DNA of 64,000 nucleotides from an uncultured Candidatus Saccharibacteria bacterium (GCA_964531375.1 CAZHDO010000002.1:21469-85468); one strand, 5' to 3'. Counted from the first letter of the stretch, positions 26,583 through 36,943 are shown. The notes: a model not told the origin generated them from the letters alone. Numbers and translations are program-made.

Positions 26583-29500
26583 ATGATCAATATTTTTGGG
26601 CACAAACCAATAAAATTACAACAAAAAGGTAAAACCCCTTATTCTTCGTCATTGCGAGCTGTGGGCGAAGCAATCCAGGATCCAGCACAATTAAATCTGG
26701 ATTGCCGCGGGCTACGCCCTCGCAATGACATATGGATAAAGTCTGTCTTTTATTCAACACTCGTTTTTACCGTCATAAGTGCGTCCATCTTTTCTTATTC
26801 CGCAAATAATTCCTTTGCCTCGACACTACCAATGGGGAACACCCCTGCAAATACGGCTGAAATTACTCAGATTGCGGCACTAGAAATAGGCAAACTTGTT
26901 CCAATTTTCCAGAAAATTAGAGAAATGGGAATAGAAGGAACCTTAGCAAATGGCAATCCAGAGACAATTAGAAAATTTAAAGAACTACAACCAATACTCG
27001 ACAGGCTTGCACCAGGCACAATGGACTCATTGAGCCAACTGCAAAACAACGTAAACGGTTATGCAAAACTTACTTTCTTAACAAAGGATCTGGCAAAAAA
27101 TCCTGAAATTGAAAAAATTAATCAAATATATGCGCTAACCCAATCGGTCAAAAACCTTGGCCAGGCGCAAGATATCAACGGTTTTATGAGTGCTGCTCAA
27201 GGACTCGCCGGAGTTCTACCAGGTCTAAGCCAAACACTTCCACAGATCCAACAAGGAATGAGCCTGATAAATCAATTCGCTGGGGCGCTCGGTGGCAACC
27301 AAACTCAAATCGCCATAAGTAAAATAGAATCGATGTCGAAACCTGGGGGCGCTCTTACCACTGCTCTATCCGGAGCTGGTACAGTTGGTCTTGGTGGGCA
27401 ATCACAATCCCTTTCGCAAATTTTAGGCGAACTTGATGAAGTCGACAAAATACTCAATGAAACTTTGCTAGCAGCAGATTATGACCTTTTTGCGGGTATG
27501 GACCCCCTCATTTCAAACCCAGAAGATATCGTCGGAGCAATGACCAGTGCACAAAAAGAGGCAATGAGTAAAAATAATCCTACCGGTCAAGGTGGTTGTC
27601 AGGGGGTACCAGCGGGACAAAATTCTCAAACAGGACAATACACAGGAAGTGGAAGTGGTGCCACAACAGCTTATCTTAAGGGCGCGGCTACACAATTCAT
27701 ACAAAATGGCGGAGTAAATGGAATTGTTCAACAAGGTTTAAGCGCGGTTTCTAATGCAGGCGTTAGTGGAATAGGCAATACCATAAGCGGTATCACTGGC
27801 GGGCTAACTCAGGCCACTGGACTACTTGGATCCACAGGAAGCCAATCAAATTCCTACATTAGTGCAATGACAAAAGGAATTACAGGTTTTACCGATGCAT
27901 ATGGCTCCGTATCAAGCGCACTTGGACTATCTGGCGGAGGGAGCAATGGTGTGCCTGTCATAGAACAACCAGGTCAGCTCATCAACTGGACAGGCGAAAT
28001 CAAAGACACAAACCAAAAAATCTGCGAAATCACACAGGCTATTCTTTCGGTTGAATTAAATATGTGGAACAAATTGACAAAGACTGACCCAGAACAGGCC
28101 AAAAAATCCGAAGATGCTTTTATTGCAACGAAAAAGGTAATAGAAAGGCAAAACAACGAGGACCGCAAGCCTCTCGACAACATTACAGGGCAAGGCCAAA
28201 ATTTCTATTCACCCGACACCTATCTATCACAAGCAATAAATGTTGGGCGAGCAATATACGAAAACGCTCTAAAGGGACTCTCTAGTCTAAATTATATAAG
28301 TCCGACAGCCAAGGACGACATGGTTCTAAAATTTAAACAGCAATCCGCGATAGAGCAGGGTGGGGCGAGAGCTAAGTACTTAGCAGCGACAACACCAACT
28401 TTTGATACATACAAATGGGTTACCGAAAGAACTACCAACCCTTTAACATTCCTCAATGGATTAATAAAAGTAGCTGAACCAAGAAACAACGTCATTGGAA
28501 ACCTTATGCTTCAAAACGAAGCCAGACAAGTAATGTTGGCTGACTATGAAAAGGAAGCTGAACTAAAATTAAAATACAGCTGGTTACCAGAAGAAACTTG
28601 CGACGTACCAGTTACAACTGACGACGGAAGAGTCGTTTGCGAAAAATCACACATTACAGTACCTGCAAGTATAAAGTCTGGAACAGCTCAAAAACTAAAA
28701 GACGGCTTAATTGAAAATACGCTTAACTCAAAACTTGCTGGACAAGACACACTAACCTTAATAAACCAGCTTCCGGCAGAAAACAAAATTGGCCAAGATG
28801 CTGAATATGCAAACTGGGAAGAATATAATTTAGCAAACACCGAAGCAAGCCCAGCAGACAACCCAGGCAACATAGGAGCCGGTGGTGGAGGTGGGGGTGG
28901 AAGTGGTGGTGGAAATGCAAACACTTCAAAACCATTAACACTAACCGAAATCAACACTATTCTTAATCAATTGCAAGGAATAACTGGAAGCGACACACAC
29001 GACCAAGGAGGAGATTCTTCTGAGCTATCGGAAGCTCCTGCTATAAATATCTCGATGTCTAAAGAAGACCTTGGCGATTCTGTGAGAATTTCCTGGAATG
29101 CAGATGGCGCTGAATCATGCAAAGCAGGCAATGATTGGCCAAACTATCTCGAAAACAACATTAACGGAAGCATAACAACCCCAATAAACTCAGATTTGGT
29201 CACGATGGATGAAATGGTAATCACCAAGCCAACCTTATTTACTTTTAAACCATACATTTCTGGCACAGACGATAGACAAATAAACGCACCACAGCCTTTT
29301 AATAAAACTTACTCAAAGGAAGGGGACTATCTAATAGAAACAGTTACCTATAAGCCAAACATAACCGGACTTATATCTGCTGACATTGTATTCTTAAACT
29401 TAAACGGCAAGGCTGTCTACATTACAGCAGGAGGTGAAGACGACTATATTTCTGCGTCGGACATTGTTAAGAGATTAATAACAACCTTAAATGACAAAGG

Positions 29501-29735
29501 TCTCTCCACAGACAAAGTAAGCGAATTTGCTCAATATACAATAAAACAAACGTATGACAGCCTTGTTATTTCAAAGAAAACAAAAATTTCCTCGACAGCA
29601 ATCGCTAGCATAAAAGGCGACCCACAATCGACAGCCCCAATCGGACTCCAGACAAGTTATGACTACAAAATTACCTGCAGTAACGCAATAGGCGACACAG
29701 CTGAAAGTAAAATAACAGTTGATTTTTTCAAATAA
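26583..29735 (+). CDS. Very large secreted or surface protein (1050 aa) with a Gly-rich linker.
   Basis: Its ATG overlaps the upstream stop. N-terminal TM/signal-anchor segment IWIKSVFYSTLVFTVISASIFSYSA. A poly-Gly run GAGGGGGGGSGGGN near aa 770. Confidence 0.5.
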   Translation: MINIFGHKPIKLQQKGKTPYSSSLRAVGEAIQDPAQLNLDCRGLRPRNDIWIKSVFYSTLVFTVISASIFSYSANNSFASTLPMGNTPANTAEITQIAALEIGKLVPIFQKIREMGIEGTLANGNPETIRKFKELQPILDRLAPGTMDSLSQLQNNVNGYAKLTFLTKDLAKNPEIEKINQIYALTQSVKNLGQAQDINGFMSAAQGLAGVLPGLSQTLPQIQQGMSLINQFAGALGGNQTQIAISKIESMSKPGGALTTALSGAGTVGLGGQSQSLSQILGELDEVDKILNETLLAADYDLFAGMDPLISNPEDIVGAMTSAQKEAMSKNNPTGQGGCQGVPAGQNSQTGQYTGSGSGATTAYLKGAATQFIQNGGVNGIVQQGLSAVSNAGVSGIGNTISGITGGLTQATGLLGSTGSQSNSYISAMTKGITGFTDAYGSVSSALGLSGGGSNGVPVIEQPGQLINWTGEIKDTNQKICEITQAILSVELNMWNKLTKTDPEQAKKSEDAFIATKKVIERQNNEDRKPLDNITGQGQNFYSPDTYLSQAINVGRAIYENALKGLSSLNYISPTAKDDMVLKFKQQSAIEQGGARAKYLAATTPTFDTYKWVTERTTNPLTFLNGLIKVAEPRNNVIGNLMLQNEARQVMLADYEKEAELKLKYSWLPEETCDVPVTTDDGRVVCEKSHITVPASIKSGTAQKLKDGLIENTLNSKLAGQDTLTLINQLPAENKIGQDAEYANWEEYNLANTEASPADNPGNIGAGGGGGGGSGGGNANTSKPLTLTEINTILNQLQGITGSDTHDQGGDSSELSEAPAINISMSKEDLGDSVRISWNADGAESCKAGNDWPNYLENNINGSITTPINSDLVTMDEMVITKPTLFTFKPYISGTDDRQINAPQPFNKTYSKEGDYLIETVTYKPNITGLISADIVFLNLNGKAVYITAGGEDDYISASDIVKRLITTLNDKGLSTDKVSEFAQYTIKQTYDSLVISKKTKISSTAIASIKGDPQSTAPIGLQTSYDYKITCSNAIGDTAESKITVDFFK

Positions 29736-29738
29736 AAA

Positions 29739-32564
29739 ATGAATTTTTGGAACAAAAATAAAATATTTAAACTTTTCCTAATTACATTAGTTGTTTTTTC
29801 TACGTTATTTTTAGCTGGTAAAGCACGGGCTAAAGATACAACTTTCCAGAATCAACAAATAATAAAAGAAGAACAAACGGAGACCACCGCAGCCATAGAA
29901 AACGCGAAAAATAGTATAGGAGCAGCTCCTTTAATAACAGATAAGAATAAAATTAAGGAAATAGGAGATAACTTGGCTATTGCAATTCCCTATATCGACA
30001 AGAAGATTGATGAGCAATCAAAATTAATTACTGATTTTAAAAAACAACAAGATGAAGTGAAGAAAAAAATGTCGAGAACAGGTTTGTTTGATAACGCAGA
30101 AGAAGCACAGGCTAAAATTGATTATTATAAAATAGAAAATCAACTCAAGACAGAAAACTATGTTTTATACGACCTAAAAGAAAAAAAGGCTGTATTAGAT
30201 CTTGAAAAAGCTAGAATTAGTGGGGATCAAAAACAAGTAAATGACGCAATAACAAAACTTGCTGAGGCACGTGTTAATCTAGGTTCAAATGACCACAGGA
30301 ATGACGTGGACACAAGTTTCTCTGGTATTATGACAACTGCGGTTTCAAGTCTGGTTGGTGATAAATGTACATGGGCAACACCAGGCATGCATTGTTTGTT
30401 TGATTTGATGTCGTGGGCCCTAACAGCTGTACGATATTTCCTTACAACCCTACTTAGTTATACTGCAGCAGCCTTTAATATCTCAATTGATATTTCAATA
30501 AATAATCTTTCCGGTTTCCTGTTCTCTATAAAGTCGATTGATATTGCCTGGAAAGTCTTAAGGGATTTGTGCAATATGTTTTTTCTCCTTGTAATGATGT
30601 ATATATCAATTGGAACTGTACTTCAACTTGATGGGGTGAATTGGAAAAAACAAATCGTTACACTGATATTTTCTGCACTTTTGATAAATTTTAGCATGAC
30701 GATAACTAGGGTTGTAATTGATACATCAAATATTTTTGCTGTTTATTTTTACGAACAAGCGGGCGGAGAAATGGTTGGTGTCAATTTAATAAAAAAGGTA
30801 GAAATAGATACCAATCTTGCTGGACTCAAAGAAACCGAAGGAACATCAAGTCTCGAAGGCTTAGTAAGCATGATTGGGACCTTGATACTATTAGTGTCAA
30901 CAATCTTTGTACTTCTTGCTGGTGCCATTTTAATCATCATAAGGATGGTGAGTCTCGTTTTTTTGTTAATTTTTTCACCACTACCTTGGCTAGGGGACGC
31001 AATCCCAAAATTTGGAGGTAAAATTACTGGCAGTTATTGGAATGAACTAATGGACCAGTCTTTATTTGCTCCTGCGTATATGTTTTGTTTATATTTTGCA
31101 ATGACAGTAATCAAATGCACAAATGTTTCACTACTAGGAACATTTAGTCAGGATAAATTCTCTTACAAGGTCCCTGGCGTTTCAATAATAATGTACAATG
31201 CGATTGTAATAAGCCTTATGCTTGGAGCAATAGCCGCCGCAAAAAAAATGAGTGCAGCCGGAGCTTCATTTGCAACATCAACTGCGGGCGGAATAGTGGG
31301 GGGTCTGACTGCTGGAGCAGCAGGATTTGCAGGCAGACAAACAATTGGCCGCATAGCTGGTTCTGATACTGTTACCGATTGGTTGAAAGATCAAAAGAAA
31401 AAAGGTGGCGCAACTGGCTATCTTGCTGAGACAGCAAGTGATTACATAGTAGACCCTATGGCAAAAGGCACGTACGACATTCGAGGAACAAAAGCAGCCG
31501 AGTCTTTTGAAAAAGCCTCTGATGCTAATTTTGGTAAAGCTGGTTCTGGAATGATCTTCGGAGAAGGTTGGGTCGGCGGATCTAAGGGTTATGCTGGTGG
31601 CTTAGCAGCAGCAAAAAAGGCCGAGAGACAGGCCGAAATTGACGAAAGAAAGGAGGCTACTGAGACAAACATAGAGGACGCTAAAAAAGAAATAGTTAGA
31701 TTGGCATCCACCCCAGGCGCTAACCCCGACGATATTAGAAAGAACCTTGGTTATCTAAACAAAGATAATTTCCTAGCAACTGTTGAGAAAAACCCAACCT
31801 TACTAATAAACAACGACATTACAAAATGGCTATCGGAAGATCAGATAAAAACATTAACAGATCCATCTAATAAAAAATCTTACGATGCTTTAGAAAAACA
31901 ATTATTACCAAAAACGCAAAATCCAAACGATAACAATAATCCATATACCAAGCTATCAGATTATCTAGAAGATCAAATGGGTGGCAACACAAAAAACAAA
32001 TCTGGGCGTTCTTATGCAGAGGTCAAGAGAGCAAAAAGAGCCCTTGATTCTGCAGTAAACAGCGGATTAACAACTGGTAATTTCGGTGGTGTAACGAGTA
32101 TAATAACAGGTCTAGCTGCTGGAAAAATTACAGACATAGCCGATGATTTATTTGACAGTACAGGCGCACTAAAAGGAGGAGTGGTAGAAGCACTAGGACC
32201 TAAAGAGCTGGGAGAACTAATTATCGGAAAATCGCTAAACAACACACAAACAACGGAACTAGGTTCAAAAGTTAGAGCCAGACTAGATACAATAAGAAAT
32301 GGAACGACAACGGAAGAAGACGATATTAGTAAAGACAGAATTCCTGATCCAGCAGGCGGAACCATGGATGACCCAGGTGGGGCAATGGAACCACATCCAA
32401 TCACAAGACAGCCTAGAATTAAGCAAGTTCCAAAGACCATCTCTGTTAAAATAAGAGTCCCAGCTGAAATGAAGCAAGACCCAAAGAAAACAGGAGATTT
32501 GCTGTTTAAAGACAAACAATTACAGAAACTTAGTGAATACCTGGATGGTCAAAAGATTTTCTAA
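29739..32564 (+). CDS. Polytopic membrane protein, VirB6/TrbL/TcpH-like candidate.
   Basis: Signal peptide MNFWNKNKIFKLFLITLVVFSTLFLAGKARA, then a coiled-coil region. A block of at least 6 TM helices spans aa 200-470. Gly/Ala-rich amphipathic segments follow, and the C-terminal domain is acidic. Confidence 0.45.
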   Translation: MNFWNKNKIFKLFLITLVVFSTLFLAGKARAKDTTFQNQQIIKEEQTETTAAIENAKNSIGAAPLITDKNKIKEIGDNLAIAIPYIDKKIDEQSKLITDFKKQQDEVKKKMSRTGLFDNAEEAQAKIDYYKIENQLKTENYVLYDLKEKKAVLDLEKARISGDQKQVNDAITKLAEARVNLGSNDHRNDVDTSFSGIMTTAVSSLVGDKCTWATPGMHCLFDLMSWALTAVRYFLTTLLSYTAAAFNISIDISINNLSGFLFSIKSIDIAWKVLRDLCNMFFLLVMMYISIGTVLQLDGVNWKKQIVTLIFSALLINFSMTITRVVIDTSNIFAVYFYEQAGGEMVGVNLIKKVEIDTNLAGLKETEGTSSLEGLVSMIGTLILLVSTIFVLLAGAILIIIRMVSLVFLLIFSPLPWLGDAIPKFGGKITGSYWNELMDQSLFAPAYMFCLYFAMTVIKCTNVSLLGTFSQDKFSYKVPGVSIIMYNAIVISLMLGAIAAAKKMSAAGASFATSTAGGIVGGLTAGAAGFAGRQTIGRIAGSDTVTDWLKDQKKKGGATGYLAETASDYIVDPMAKGTYDIRGTKAAESFEKASDANFGKAGSGMIFGEGWVGGSKGYAGGLAAAKKAERQAEIDERKEATETNIEDAKKEIVRLASTPGANPDDIRKNLGYLNKDNFLATVEKNPTLLINNDITKWLSEDQIKTLTDPSNKKSYDALEKQLLPKTQNPNDNNNPYTKLSDYLEDQMGGNTKNKSGRSYAEVKRAKRALDSAVNSGLTTGNFGGVTSIITGLAAGKITDIADDLFDSTGALKGGVVEALGPKELGELIIGKSLNNTQTTELGSKVRARLDTIRNGTTTEEDDISKDRIPDPAGGTMDDPGGAMEPHPITRQPRIKQVPKTISVKIRVPAEMKQDPKKTGDLLFKDKQLQKLSEYLDGQKIF

Positions 32565-32573
32565 TCATAAAAC

Positions 32574-33185
32574 ATGGAACATACAAAAGAACAAGTAAAT
32601 AATATTTTTCAATCACTACCGGTTGAAATAAAAACTGCAATTTTATCAGTTGAAACCTTTGATTCTATTGTAGAAATATCTCAAAAACACCAACTACACC
32701 TAGACCAACAATCTACACTTGGTCAGGAAACAGGGAATATTTTACTTGGAATCTCTGACCCACTAGATTTCGTGTCAACAATAAGTACAAAACTAGGAAT
32801 TGATAAAAACATAGCCAATCAAATTGTTGGCGAAATAAATGAGAAAATATTTAGTAAAGTTAAAGATTCACTAAGAAATATTCACAACGCTGCAAATAAG
32901 AAAGAGGTTCCAGTAAGTCCTGTGCCAGTTGCACCAAACCTTATTAAAAATACCGAAACACAAAATTTGAATGTTCCACAAAAAACATTAGATGTATTAC
33001 AAGGGAAGGGGGTTGTCACAGAACAAAAACACGACACAAGTATTCTCGGATTTTCAGTAGAGAAAATTGCCGACAAACCAACTAACATTCTAAGCCAGAA
33101 AATGAACGGAAGCTTCAATATGCCAAAAAACGAAACAGAAAATGGAACACAGAAAATAACAGATCCGTACTTAGAAAGTATATAG
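32574..33185 (+). CDS. Hypothetical protein.
   Basis: 203-aa ORF in the cluster, followed by an intergenic repeat element. Confidence 0.45.
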   Translation: MEHTKEQVNNIFQSLPVEIKTAILSVETFDSIVEISQKHQLHLDQQSTLGQETGNILLGISDPLDFVSTISTKLGIDKNIANQIVGEINEKIFSKVKDSLRNIHNAANKKEVPVSPVPVAPNLIKNTETQNLNVPQKTLDVLQGKGVVTEQKHDTSILGFSVEKIADKPTNILSQKMNGSFNMPKNETENGTQKITDPYLESI

Positions 33186-33388
33186 TATTGCGTATAAGTA
33201 TTTAGCATAAACACGAAAAGTATTAAGTATGGGTATATAGTGTTTAGTATAAATACACAAAGAGAAAAAAGACAAAATAAATAAAAAAAATGAGATATAA
33301 AATGCCAAATACCAGATACTACATACTTAATACAAAATACATAATACTGAAATTGCATATTTTTATTAATAATTCTTATTAATAAAAA
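33186..33388. repeat. Intergenic inverted-repeat element of the GTATTTAGTAT family.
   Basis: Forward units (gtataagtatttagcat, agtattaagtatgggtatatagtgtttagtata) on the left face reverse-complement units (atactacatacttaatacaaaatacataatact) on the right. Confidence 0.7.
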
Positions 33389-33390
33389 AA

Positions 33391-33819
33391 ATGCAATTTC
33401 AAGTTCCACAATTTATTGAAATAGAGGATAAAATAATAGGGCCTTTTACATTTTTCCAATTTATGTATCTTCTTGGTGGTTTTGGAGGTGGATATGCCTT
33501 ATATAGACTACTAGAACCATATTTAGGTAGTTTGGTTTATGTCGTAGTGGTACCTTTGATTATCTTTTCACTTGCATTGGCATTCTATAAAGTAAACGAA
33601 AGGCCATTTATAAATATCGTTGAGTCTTGGATAAAGTTTAAATTTAGCGGGAAAAGATATTTGTGGAAAAAGGAAGAAATAGTTATTAAAAAACAGGCTG
33701 ACGATATCGATATTTTAATCAGAAATGCCGGCACACAAAAAGCAGTCGTCCCAAAACTTACATCAGGAAGATTAAAAGACATTGCTTGGAGTTTAGATAT
33801 ACAGGAGAAGATAAAGTAA
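33391..33819 (+). CDS. PrgI/VirB3-like T4SS membrane protein.
   Basis: N-terminal motif VPQFIEIEDKIIGPFTFFQFMYLLGG, followed by two TM helices. This is the layout of the PrgI/TcpE/VirB3-like family. Confidence 0.5.
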   Translation: MQFQVPQFIEIEDKIIGPFTFFQFMYLLGGFGGGYALYRLLEPYLGSLVYVVVVPLIIFSLALAFYKVNERPFINIVESWIKFKFSGKRYLWKKEEIVIKKQADDIDILIRNAGTQKAVVPKLTSGRLKDIAWSLDIQEKIK

Positions 33820-33952
33820 GTATTGGGTATAAAGTATTTAGTATTTAGTATAAAGAGAAAAAGTATTAAGTATCGGGTATATAGTATTTAGTATAAATAC
33901 AAAACAAGACAAAATAAACAAAAAAATTATGTATCGTGTATAATATATTAGA
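33820..33952. repeat. Intergenic GTATTTAGTAT-family repeat element.
   Basis: gtattgggtataaagtatttagtatttagtataaag...gtattaagtatcgggtatatagtatttagtataaatac. Confidence 0.7.
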
Positions 33953-33954
33953 GC

Positions 33955-34329
33955 ATGGAAAAAATAAAGAGTTTTACTGATTTAAATACATGGAAAGAAG
34001 GGCATTCATTAGCTTTATCTGTTTATGAAATAACAAAATCATTTCCAAAAGAAGAAATATTTAGCCTTACCAACCAAATGAGACGATGCGCAGTGTCAAT
34101 TACATCAAATATAGCCGAAGGATTTAGTAGAAGGTCAAAAAAAGAAAAAATACAATTTTATTCAATATCACTGGGATCTATAACAGAACTACAAAATCAG
34201 TTAATCATATCAAAAGACATAAAATACTTGATGCAGGAAAAATTTACCACAATGTTTGACCAAGCCACGAAGACTCAAAGAATGATATATGGATTAATAA
34301 AAAGTGCAAAAGATGTTGTTTATACATAA
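33955..34329 (+). CDS. Four-helix-bundle protein (TIGR02436 / 23S rRNA intervening-sequence protein, Avd-like fold).
   Basis: 124 aa. TDLNTWKEGHSLALSVYEITKSFPKEE...MRRCAVSITSNIAEGFSRRSKKEKIQFYSISLGSITELQNQL matches this family closely. Confidence 0.7.
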   Translation: MEKIKSFTDLNTWKEGHSLALSVYEITKSFPKEEIFSLTNQMRRCAVSITSNIAEGFSRRSKKEKIQFYSISLGSITELQNQLIISKDIKYLMQEKFTTMFDQATKTQRMIYGLIKSAKDVVYT

Positions 34330-34361
34330 TACGTAATACAAAATACTAAATACATATAAAT

Positions 34362-35015
34362 ATGGCGAATAAAAGTACACAAGATTTCGTTCCGGTAGAC
34401 AAAATACATGATGGAATAGTTGTTCTGAAAGATGGGACAATGCTTGTTGTTTTTATGTGCTCGTCTTTAAATTTCGCGTTAAAATCAGCCGACGAACAGC
34501 AGGCTGTAATAATGCAATATCAAAATTTCTTAAACTCGCTAGATTTCACTGTTCAAATACTTGTTCAATCAAGAAGGCTTGATATTAAGCCATATTTAAA
34601 CTCTCTCAACGACAGAATGAGCTTGCAATCAAACGACCTACTTAAAATACAACTAAAAGAATATATTAACTTCATAAGAAATTTCACAGAGGGGGTTAAT
34701 ATTATGGAAAAATCTTTTTATGTTGTGGTTCCATATCAGCCAATGACTTTTATACAGCCAGGTAGTACAAGTAGCGGAATACTGTCTTCGATAACTGGGT
34801 TTTTTGGTAAAAGCGAAAACAAAATGGCTGAAAAGAAACAAGAATTACTTACCTTTGAAGAGAATAGAAGCCAGCTGGAACAAAGAGCAGGAGTGGTATC
34901 ACAAGGCCTCAGTAGGACAGGTGTTAGGACAGTCGCGCTAGGTACCGAAGAATTAATCGAACTTTTTTACAGAATATTTAACCCAGAAGACCAAGGTGGT
35001 GTGCCGAAGGTGTAG
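34362..35015 (+). CDS. VirB4/TraC-family conjugal-transfer ATPase, N-terminal domain fragment.
   Basis: VPVDKIHDGIVVLKDGTMLVVFMCSSLNFALKSADEQQAVIMQYQNFLNSLDFTVQILVQS matches the VirB4 N-terminal domain of Gram-positive systems (PrgJ/TcpF/Orf16-like). It ends 125 bp, and one frame, away from the ATPase ORF. Confidence 0.5.
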   Translation: MANKSTQDFVPVDKIHDGIVVLKDGTMLVVFMCSSLNFALKSADEQQAVIMQYQNFLNSLDFTVQILVQSRRLDIKPYLNSLNDRMSLQSNDLLKIQLKEYINFIRNFTEGVNIMEKSFYVVVPYQPMTFIQPGSTSSGILSSITGFFGKSENKMAEKKQELLTFEENRSQLEQRAGVVSQGLSRTGVRTVALGTEELIELFYRIFNPEDQGGVPKV

Positions 35016-35140
35016 GAAGGGGGTGGAGGGGAAGTATTAAGTATTTGGTATTATGTATTGTGTATATTAAATTTTATACAAAACACGAAACACCAAATAC
35101 TAGATACTAAATACAAAATACTTAATACTTTGTAAAATAT
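35016..35140. repeat. GTATTTAGTAT-family inverted-repeat element splitting VirB4.
   Basis: TAG-gaagggggtggagggg-aagtattaagtatttggtattatgtattgtgtat ... aaacaccaaatactagatactaaatacaaaatacttaatact. Confidence 0.7.
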
Positions 35141-36943
35141 ATGAGCTTTTTTGGAAAACAAAACGACGAAAATAAAATAGAGACAATTCTACCGCAGGAT
35201 ATATATTCTGGTGGGGTTTTGGAGCTCAAGGATATTATTTCTCCTTCAGCGCTAGAAATTGGATCAAATAGCATTAAACTAGGGGAGAAGATAGCGAGGA
35301 CGTTTTTCGTCATTTCTTATCCTAGGTTTTTGTCTGAAAACTGGTTTTCTCCAATAATAAATCTCGACAAAATATTCGATGTTTCTCTTGTAATACACCC
35401 GATAGACACATCCACAGTCCTTCATCAACTTCAAAAGAAACTAGCTGAAGTACAAAGCCAAATACACTCCAACGAAACAAAAGGAATGGTCCGAGATCCT
35501 ATGCTCGACACAGCTTTTCAAGACATAGAGACATTAAGAGACCAATTATCCCAAGCCAGAGAGAAAATTTTTGACGTCGGACTTTATCTCACAATGTACG
35601 CCAACAGTGAAGAGGAACTAAATAAGGTTGAAGCTGAAATTAAAACGATAATGGAATCAAGGCTGGTGTATATAAAACCTGCTCTTTTTCAACAAGAAGA
35701 AGGGTTTAATAGTATTATGCCAATCGCATCAGACGCGCTAGCCGTGAACACTAAACTTAACTCGGCTCCGCTTTCTAGTATTTTCCCCTTTATCTCTTTT
35801 GACCTTACTTCAAACAAAGGAATTTTATATGGAATAAATAGACACAACTCCAGCCTTATAATCTTCGACAGATTTTCACTTGAAAACTACAACTCTGTTA
35901 TCTTTGCCAAAGCTGGCTCTGGTAAATCTTATTTTACAAAACTGGAAATTTTAAGGTCTTTAATGTTCGATGTAGATGTAATTGTAATTGACCCTGAAAA
36001 AGAATATGAATTCCTAGCAGAAGCTGTCGGGGGTAGGTATTTTAATATTTCCCTCTCGTCAGAACACCACATAAATCCTTTTGACCTTCCACCAGTAAGA
36101 GAAGATGAATCTCCATCTGATGTTTTGAGATCTCACATTATTAGTCTCGTGGGGTTGTTTAGAATAATGCTTGGAGGAATGTCGCCAGAAGAAAGCTCTG
36201 TTATGGATAATGCGATAATGGAGACATACGCCCTTAAAGATATAACAGCGGATAATGATTTCACAAACGCAAATCCTCCGCTTATGTCTGACCTTGAACT
36301 CGTGCTCGCGGGTATGGACGGGGGGGCATCGCTTGCACAAAGGCTTCTTAAATACACACAAGGAACTTGGTCCGGATTCTTAAACAGACCAACAAACATC
36401 GACATCAATAAAAAATTCATAGTATTTTCTGTTCGCGATATGGAAGACGAACTCAAGCCTATCGCAATGCACATAATAATGAATAATATTTGGGGCTCAA
36501 TCAGAAGAGACCTGAAAAAGAGAATGCTTATTATCGACGAGGCGTGGTGGATGATGAAATCGCCAGATACCGCTTCATTCTTATACAGCCTCGCAAAAAG
36601 AGGTAGAAAATATTATCTCGGTGTGACAACAATTACACAAGACGTCGCCGATTTTTTAAACTCGCCATACGGTATTCCTATCATTACGAACTCTTCAATG
36701 CAGATAATATTAAAACAATCTCCAGCCTCGATAGGCCTTGTTCAAAAAACGTTCAACCTGACCGACGAAGAGAAGTTTTTGCTTTTAGAGTCGAATGTGG
36801 GGGAGGGAATCTTCTTTGCTGGCTTGAAGCACGTTGCAATTAAAGTAATCGCTTCATACACCGAAGATCAAATAATAACATCAGATCCATCACAGATATT
36901 AGCGATTAAAAAAGCAAAAGAAGATTTAAGAGCGACGGAGTAG
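35141..36943 (+). CDS. VirB4/TrbE/CagE-family T4SS ATPase (C-terminal body).
   Basis: Walker A FAKAGSGKSYF, Walker B MLIIDEAWWMM, middle region ARTFFVISYPRFLSENWFSPII, and C-terminal RGRKYYLGVTTITQDVADF. 600 aa. Confidence 0.75.
   Translation: MSFFGKQNDENKIETILPQDIYSGGVLELKDIISPSALEIGSNSIKLGEKIARTFFVISYPRFLSENWFSPIINLDKIFDVSLVIHPIDTSTVLHQLQKKLAEVQSQIHSNETKGMVRDPMLDTAFQDIETLRDQLSQAREKIFDVGLYLTMYANSEEELNKVEAEIKTIMESRLVYIKPALFQQEEGFNSIMPIASDALAVNTKLNSAPLSSIFPFISFDLTSNKGILYGINRHNSSLIIFDRFSLENYNSVIFAKAGSGKSYFTKLEILRSLMFDVDVIVIDPEKEYEFLAEAVGGRYFNISLSSEHHINPFDLPPVREDESPSDVLRSHIISLVGLFRIMLGGMSPEESSVMDNAIMETYALKDITADNDFTNANPPLMSDLELVLAGMDGGASLAQRLLKYTQGTWSGFLNRPTNIDINKKFIVFSVRDMEDELKPIAMHIIMNNIWGSIRRDLKKRMLIIDEAWWMMKSPDTASFLYSLAKRGRKYYLGVTTITQDVADFLNSPYGIPIITNSSMQIILKQSPASIGLVQKTFNLTDEEKFLLLESNVGEGIFFAGLKHVAIKVIASYTEDQIITSDPSQILAIKKAKEDLRATE

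Noticed and set aside
31163-32515. Minus-strand Ala/Gly/Pro-rich ORFs (31163-31354, 32012-32515) inside the 941-aa gene.
   Set aside because: They are antisense frames of Gly/Ala-rich coding sequence. The sense-strand gene has a signal peptide, TM helices and operon context.
33955-34329. Considered a diversity-generating retroelement (DGR) because the four-helix-bundle protein resembles Avd.
   Set aside because: I find no reverse-transcriptase ORF and no template/variable repeat pair with adenine-specific differences in the neighbourhood. This family also occurs standalone in CPR genomes.
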